DNA of 63,263 nucleotides, counting the filler, from Olpidium bornovanus S191 (Eukaryota > Fungi > Olpidiomycota), in NCBI GenBank assembly GCA_017911155.1. It is 31 parts of 31 records of this genome, joined end to end, with 100 filler letters (N's around TTAATTAATTAA, not from the genome) between each part and the next. Parts side by side here need not be neighbours in the genome. Positions count along the whole stretch, not along the records: positions 57,019 to 59,132 come from JAEFCI010001301.1; positions 59,233 to 61,124 come from JAEFCI010008535.1; positions 61,225 to 63,263 come from JAEFCI010011138.1; 28 more parts are not named here. The stretch is one strand, 5' to 3'. A program made the position numbers and the translations under genes. The notes under the pieces are model-generated. The model made no database searches, had not been told where the DNA came from, and saw only the letters and a program-made list of their open reading frames with translations. Shown piece after piece: positions 57,019-63,263 of this stretch (position 1 is the stretch's first letter; every line of letters starts with the position of its first letter).

Positions 57019-59068
57019 GCATGAGATACGAAGGCTGGGGAGCCAACAGCGAGCTATACACTTTGATGATGGAGTGTTGCGCGCAGGTTTGATGCGACGG
57101 AGGGGTGCTGCGGCGGTTTTGGCCACGCATTTGCTTTGCGCGTGAGCTCGGGGCGTGAGTCGAAGGAGGGTTTTTTTATTCTCTTTTTCGTTTGTCCCTC
57201 CAGAACAAGGAAGTGGAGCGAGCTCTGAACCTTTTCGACGAGATGAACGCCCGGAATGAGCAGCCCACCGCCGCAACGTTCAACGCTCTTATCAAGGCGT
57301 GCTCGAGCCGTGCGGACTACAGCGCGGAAGGATTCGATCTTTGTGCGCAAATGAGGAGCGTGGGGTTCTACCCCGACGCGGACACGACCGCTTCGCTCAT
57401 TCGCATATCGACCAACTTGGACGACCTGCAAAGGGGCCGCGGCTTGTTTTTCGAAGGCCACATCAACAGGTGCGTGTCGCCAGCGCGGGAGCTTCGCTCC
57501 AAACGGAAGGCGGTGATGTTAAACGTCACTTTTTCCCGCGGCTCCTCGCGGCAAATTCTTGCGCTCCGCCAGAGGTTACGAAGATTCCCGGCTCAGAGTG
57601 AACGCGGACGCCGCGACCGCGTTGCTGGCCGCTTACGGTGACGTGGAACTGCAACGCGACGGACATTCCGCGAAAGAGTTCGCGCGCCGCCGCGAGCTGG
57701 CAGCCGCGCTCGCTGACAGGCAGCGGCTCGAAATGGAGCGCGTCGCACTCTGCCTCCAGTCTGCCGGCAAACGGCCTTCGTTCCGGCGCCGGCGCGAGGC
57801 GGCCCTGCGCCGGCAGGAAGAGAACGTGGAGGAAACGATCCGTCGCCTCCAGGAGCTCGGAGATCAGCACTCCCGGGAACGAGGCGACATCGGGCGGACC
57901 GCCGTCATCGATGCCGAATGCGCGCCCGCGTCCGCGGGGGCCGCGGCTGCGCCGGCCGCCGCCGCCGCCGCGAAGTCGGGCTCGAGCGCGGATCTGCCGG
58001 GCGACGTTCGCGGAGCGGGGCCCGGCGAACGTCAGGAGGGCCCCGAAGACGGACAGCCCGAAGCCGGACGCGTCCTGGTGGAAGCCGAGCGAGGCCTGCC
58101 GGACGCCGTCCGGCAATTCCTGTTCATGCGGGACGATGCGCCGGCCTCGGATCAGGAATGCATCGCCGAGGCCACCAAGGTCCTGACGCTCGTGACCGGC
58201 GTGCACCCGGCGCCCGCGAACGCGCAGCTCGCCGCGCTGGCTCCCCCAGCGGCCCTCTCCGCGGCCGCGGACGCGGCCGCCGTCTTCCGCGTGGAACCGG
58301 ACGTCGCCATGCTGAACGCGTACCTCTCCACCCTCCTCCGGCGGTCTCCTCCTCGCGCGGACGCGCCGCTTCCCGCCGCGGCCCTGGAGGTGTTCTGGGG
58401 ACTCGGCGCCCGGTACGGCGTGGAACCCAACGGGCACACCTACGCGCTCGTGATCAACCGGCTCGCGGCGGACGTCCGCGGCGACCCGGAGCTGTGCCGG
58501 GACTTCCCCGGTCGCGGCGAAACCCTGCACATCGAGGAGGCCAGGCTGGCCGAGGTCCTTCGCCTGTTCGAGGAGTGGAAGGCGTGGCACGCGGCGAACG
58601 CCTCGGCCCTCGAACGGCCCGCGCCGTCGTCTCCCCTCCCCGCGACGGCCGCGGATGACACCGCGGCGTGCGTGCCGGTGCCGGCGGATGACACCGAAGT
58701 CACGTTTCTCAAGCAGGAGAAGGGTGTGACGGACCTGGTGTTCTACAACGTGTACCGCGACGTGTGCAACGCCCTCGCGCGGTAAGTGTTGTGCGGTCGG
58801 GCCGGCGTGAGTGTATGTGGGGGGAGGACGGGTTGAGCAAACGGCCGTCCTTTCCGTGCACGAGGCTTTGTGGATCGGCAGAATCGCGCTTGAACATAAA
58901 GGAAAATACGGAAGCGAGCGATGTGCAGGTATTGAAACGAAAAAAAGAAAAAAAAACGAATAATCTCGTTGACTGGACGCCAACCGTCACCCGACCCCCC
59001 AGCTGCGACCGCATGCAGCATCGCCGGCAAGTCGTACCGCCAACTGCCCTTTGCCGAGCGGCACCCGG
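57019..59068 (+). CDS. Pentatricopeptide-repeat (PPR) protein, probably mitochondrial (Ccm1-like), internal part
   Basis: YTLMMECCA|QNKEVERALNLFDEMNARNEQPTAATFNALIKACSSRADY..EGFDLCAQMRSVGFYPD, EPDVAMLNAYL and YGVEPNGHTYALVINRL are PPR helical-hairpin signatures. Confidence 0.88.
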
Positions 59069-59433
59069 TGTGCTCAGGTCGGGACGCACTCGCTGCCGAG
59101 GTACTAAACGACGAGTTCGTCAGCCACCCGACNNNNNNNNNNNNNNNNNNNNNNNNNNNNNNNNNNNNNNNNNNNNTTAATTAATTAANNNNNNNNNNNN
59201 NNNNNNNNNNNNNNNNNNNNNNNNNNNNNNNNAAAAGAACGCCCCCGCTTTTAGCGCGCCGCCTCCCGCCTGACGTTTTTTTTTTTTTTTTTTTTGTTTT
59301 TTTTTTTTTTTTTTTGCGGAAGCGGCGGCCGTATCCCTCGAGGGCTTGCGTGCGCGGCCGACCCGCGAAAACGGCCCGGGATGTAAAAAAAAAAAGAACG
59401 CCCCCGCTTTTAGCGCGCCGCCTCCCGCCTGAC

Positions 59434-59467
<34 letters not shown>

Positions 59468-59468
<1 letters not shown>

Positions 59469-60598
59469 CACAGGCACCGGTCCCAGAGATCGCCCCCGAT
59501 GATTCTCTCGACGCCCCGCAGCCGCTGTTTGAGGAGCTGGTGGAGCGTCTCGGTGTCCGACGCCGCCGCCCTGATCACCACTCCGTGGACATCGTCGCCC
59601 TCCTTGGTGCCTTCGCGCACGGGCGAGGCGGACCACACGACGGCCGGCGGCGCCGACGGCCGCGCGCTGTACGAGAGCTCCTCGAAGTCCCGGAGCGCGT
59701 ACGCCACGAGTTCCGCGCACGCCGGGCCCTGGAGGATCAGGGTGGCGATCGCCGAGTACGGGCGCATCAAATGGGAGACGAGGGTGCTTCTCGCTGAGGG
59801 CGGGCCGGGCGGCGGCGAGGGGAGGTCCGGGCTGGCGGCGCACGCCTGGCGGGAGAACGCGTCGCCGCCGCCGCCGCCGTCGTTGTCGAGGCGCGTCGAG
59901 TCCCGCACGACGACGCGCCCGCACCGCCTCACGCTCGTCGACGACTCGTACAGCGCGAAAGACCAGTTTTCGCGATCGTCCTCCTCCGCTTCGTCCGGAA
60001 GTCCCTGCGGCCCTCCTCCGCCGGCGGGGCCCGCCGGGTCTCCGCCGCGATCCGCCGCCCTCCGCTTGGCCGGCGGCGTCATCTCCCTTCGTCCGCTTGT
60101 AACCCAGTCCAGCCAAAGAAGGGACCCGCCGGGGCCGACGTCGATCGACGTCCTCTGGGAGTACCTGGCGTTCCGGAACGGCGTGACGGGCCCGGGCAGG
60201 ACGGCCAGCGTGGCGCCGGCGTGGACACGGCATGTGAGGGTCTGACTCGAGGTTTGCCAGTCACCCGGCGATCTCGCTTTGAAGACCTTCGTGGACCCCT
60301 GGCTGAGCAGGCCCAGAGTCGCCCCCGCCCCAACCTCGACGTCCAGCGTCGTTGCATCGCCGCCGACCAGGCCGCCCCCGTAGGCCAAGACGTAGACGCA
60401 GGCCGCGCCGGGCGACCTGGGCAAGGCATTCCTCGGGGAGATAAGCTTGAGCGGGTACCGCGCCTGGAGAGATGCCAGGCGGGCCTTGCCGCCCAAGAGC
60501 ACGACGCATATCCTGCCGTGTCCTGGCAGCAGGTGGCACTTGCCTTCCTCCGCGCTTTTCGTCCCTGCACCGGAAGCCACGGGGGCTAGTGCGGCCAT
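59468..60598 (-). CDS. ureD: Urease accessory protein UreD (intronless, apparently complete)
   Basis: ARYPLKLISP, VYVLAYGGGLVGGD..LDVEVGAGATLGLLSQGSTKVFK, LPGPVTPFRNARYSQ and LLWLDWVTSGR; start taken at MAALAP (60598). Confidence 0.95.
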
Positions 60599-61351
60599 CG
60601 CTTCCCCAACGGACAGGTTCTCTGGTCTGCGGCCAGCTGAGTGGCGCGCCCGAAGGAGAAAAGCAACGGCGGGCTGCACGCGCGTTCGCTGCATTCGGAT
60701 TGTTCCCGGGAAGTCGCCCTACCGCTGCGCCGCACACTCGTCGCACGACGGAAAACGGCCCGGGCGAGGATGCAACGGTGAGCAACAGCTCAAGCTCATT
60801 CTAGGAACACGCAACCCCCACCAGGCGCGTCAAAAATGCACGAGGAGCTAGAGCAGACAAACCATCCTTTACACAGGAGGAACGCGTCCAAGGGAAGCCC
60901 GCAAAAGCATAAAGAATTATGCCATATTTCACTCTCTCACCACCTTTTCTTCCTTTGCTCTGTTTCTTTTTTATTAGATATTTTTCCCCTTGTTCATTCA
61001 GTGGCATCTCAAGCCCAAGTAGACAATCTCCCTGCCACCTTTCTGTCCCCTTCGTTTGCTGGGTACAACCACCACTGCCGCCGCCACGTTGCCCAAAACT
61101 AGCCGGGCTGTCATCGAGGACATGNNNNNNNNNNNNNNNNNNNNNNNNNNNNNNNNNNNNNNNNNNNNTTAATTAATTAANNNNNNNNNNNNNNNNNNNN
61201 NNNNNNNNNNNNNNNNNNNNNNNNCATGCCGCAGTCAGCAAACGTCACTCACCCCGCTTGGCAGCTAACCCCCGGCAGAGCGGGAAAAAAAGGCCCCAAA
61301 AAGGCAAAAGAAAGTGAGGAAAATAAATGGAGTTTCCGCACCACTACTCAC

Positions 61352-62137
61352 TCGTAGCACCACGCGAGGTCGTTCTGCGCGTCAGGATCGCCGAGATTTG
61401 CCGCAATCTCAAAATAGTACGCGGCGGTAACCCTATTTTTCGGGACGCCCCAGCCGTGACGGAAGCACTTTAATTTTTGTTTGCCCGGCGGGCGGCGGAA
61501 AATTCGCGGTGTTAAATTCCGTTGCAGCAAAAATGGCTCTTCCCGCACGTGCGACCGTTTGGAGGGCATGAGGAAGGAAGAACTACAAGCACTCACCATA
61601 CCCAACTCGTAGATAGCCATCACGAGCTCGTGCCGCGCTACGGAGGAGTTGACGGTGCTGAGGTTATTCAGGTCGGAGACGGCACTCTCCGCCGACTTTT
61701 GGAGGTATTGGAACGCCAGCTGCTGGTTTGGTTCACAGCCCTGCCGCAACGACAGGCAGTAGTCGGCGTTGGCTGTCGTATTTCCCCAAGAACTCCGTGG
61801 GCCCCGGATCCTAAGTTTGGCACACCTGGAGCCTCAACCGCCAGAAAGAGCATCCCCCAAACCAGCAACTCACCCATCCATGCCTAAGCGAGATCCCATA
61901 CAGGAGCATGCCGATAGGCGAGTCGGCGTCGGCGGCCCTGCGGAAGTACTGGAGAGATTCTTTGAGCCGGTTCTGCTCGTGGAACTGGATGGCGACCTGG
62001 ACGAAGTCCTCGGGCGTGCGGGCGTCCTCGGGCCGGATAACGTCGTTCTTTGCCGCGACCGCCGCCGCGGCGCGCGCCTTTTTGTCGAGAACGTCGCTCC
62101 GCACCGAGGAGAACGACGCAGTCGACGAGCTCGACAT
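61352..62137 (-). CDS. Sel1-like repeat (HCP-like) protein of the fungal Dsf2/Nif1 type, partial
   Basis: TPEDFVQVAIQFHEQNRLKESLQYFRRAAD...GMLLYGISLRHGW|GCEPNQQLAFQYLQKSA...AIYELG|CFRHGWGVPKN...AAYYFEIAANLGDPDAQNDLAWCYE. Start may lie further upstream. Confidence 0.88.
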
Positions 62138-63263
62138 GTGAATGGCCCCTGACGGCGCGTTCTTCTGTGTTTGTCCTCGTTGTTGCAACAGGATTTTCGA
62201 GCGAAATCGCGGCCTTTTGTTCGCCGACACGACGGGAAGCTCTTGGTTTGTGCCCGCTTTAGGCGGGACCGCGAATGGCGCAGGCAAGAAGAAGGAGCCA
62301 ATTCCTGTCCGCGGCTGCTGATTCCTGCCGCCCCCAGTCCACACGGAAGCAGCGGCGCCGCCGCCACCAACCACGGCCCTCTTCCCTTATAGACGGCGCT
62401 GCTCTGTTGCCTCTCTTGATCCACGTCCCTCCCGCCGTCCCGCCGCCCGCAACAGCCCAAGCGAGGACAACCGGGGAGGAAGGAAGGGGAGGGGAAGGGC
62501 AACCTTGTGACTCTCGTCAGGCGGCAACGGAAACCGCGGTTGCGCACGAGCCGCCCTCGTCGGCGTCGGGACTCTGGCTATTTGCAAAAGGTCAACTTCC
62601 GCTGGCGCTTGCAGTAGGAGATGGCGCGGCTGGACGGGACAGGGCGAACGACCGGTTGGCAGGGGGGGCGGGCGGGAACCACAGCCTGGGGGAGGAAAAA
62701 CCACAGCCCAGGTCACGTGACGGGGCAGATATTTCACTCTTTCGCCGACCGTGCCCCGTGGTAATGATTGCTTTTTGATGACCTTGTGACATTTTCAAAG
62801 TGCAAACGCTATGACACTCCCTGCTCAGGGGTGTGCAGATGGTTGCTCAGGACCCCATTTAGGTGGTCATTTAGGTGCTTAGCCTTTTTGCGTCGAACTT
62901 CGCTGTTGGACCGGGCCCAAAGCAAAAGTCAGAATTTTGGTTGGAATCCGAGTCGAATCTGTCAAATCCGGCCGGGGGGAAGGTTTTGCTTGTGTTTGGG
63001 AATTCCGCCTGGTAACGTTTTATTCGAGCTCGTAAAATTTTATCATATACATACAGCGTAGAGCGACACCCCCCCTCAAGCGAGAATGTGGACAAGTGGG
63101 ATAGACAAAGAAAGGTACACAGTGCAATTCGGAGAAGTTTTGAAGGATTCAAAGTCTGAAGATTTTAAACTTTAGGAGAAAAAAGGGAGAAAGAAAAGAA
63201 TGCGAGGAATTGTGGAGGGGTCAAATTCCGGTTAGATTGACGCCTCCCGGCCTCGTTCCCATG

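Noticed and set aside
59468-60598. Horizontal transfer of ureD because it is intronless and GC-rich
   Set aside because: UreD is a normal fungal gene, the motifs look eukaryote-type, and Pom152 and MDH also have long GC-rich exons.
5626-60785. The many long Arg/Pro/Gly-rich ORFs in the six-frame track
   Set aside because: They are antisense or off-frame shadows of real GC-rich genes, or translations of microsatellites and homopolymers.
59468-62137. Gene clusters or pathways from adjacency (for example ureD next to the Sel1 gene, or CDKL next to ADHFE1 and kinesin)
   Set aside because: Most such pairs are separated by artificial linkers; same-contig pairs show no functional link.
1-63263. 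A CATG-targeting transposon as the cause of the contig breaks
   Set aside because: Breaks fall inside conserved genes such as Utp22 and Pab2, and the outward flanking bases are not constant; a library cause is more parsimonious.

Overview
This is not one locus. It is 31 short contigs (about 1-4.4 kb) of a GC-rich, intron-rich eukaryotic genome joined by 30 identical artificial 100-bp linkers (44 N + TTAATTAATTAA + 44 N), so neighbourhood across a linker means nothing. Gene content points to a flagellated (zoosporic) fungus: fungal markers (Pom152, Ilv1, UreD, a Dsf2/Nif1-like Sel1 protein, a Ccm1-like PPR protein) occur with cilium-associated genes (KATNAL2, a CDKL5-like kinase, kinesin-2, a probable DUF4549/CCDC162 protein). 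An Olpidium-like organism is my guess, not a result. Other recognisable, mostly partial genes are Pab2, Utp22, a class I PDE, a GATA zinc-finger factor, histone H1, WDR55/Jip5, ribosomal P1, Atg5, a Fray/OSR1-like kinase, an AFG2-type AAA ATPase, mitochondrial MDH, Hbs1, PPC decarboxylase, ADHFE1 and a syntaxin. Mobile DNA comprises a decayed Ty1/copia 3' half with an intact polypurine tract and 144-bp LTR, plus two gag-like remnants. The strongest leads are a decayed intron-containing kinesin-2 copy, a pore-less voltage-sensor-like protein with an atypical S4, CATG at an end of 23 of 31 contigs (probably library-derived), seven copies of GTCACGTGA, and a type II membrane protein with 13-aa acidic repeats. 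I found no rRNA, tRNA or CRISPR array and no demonstrable new multi-gene system. All family assignments are from motif recognition by eye; no searches were run.
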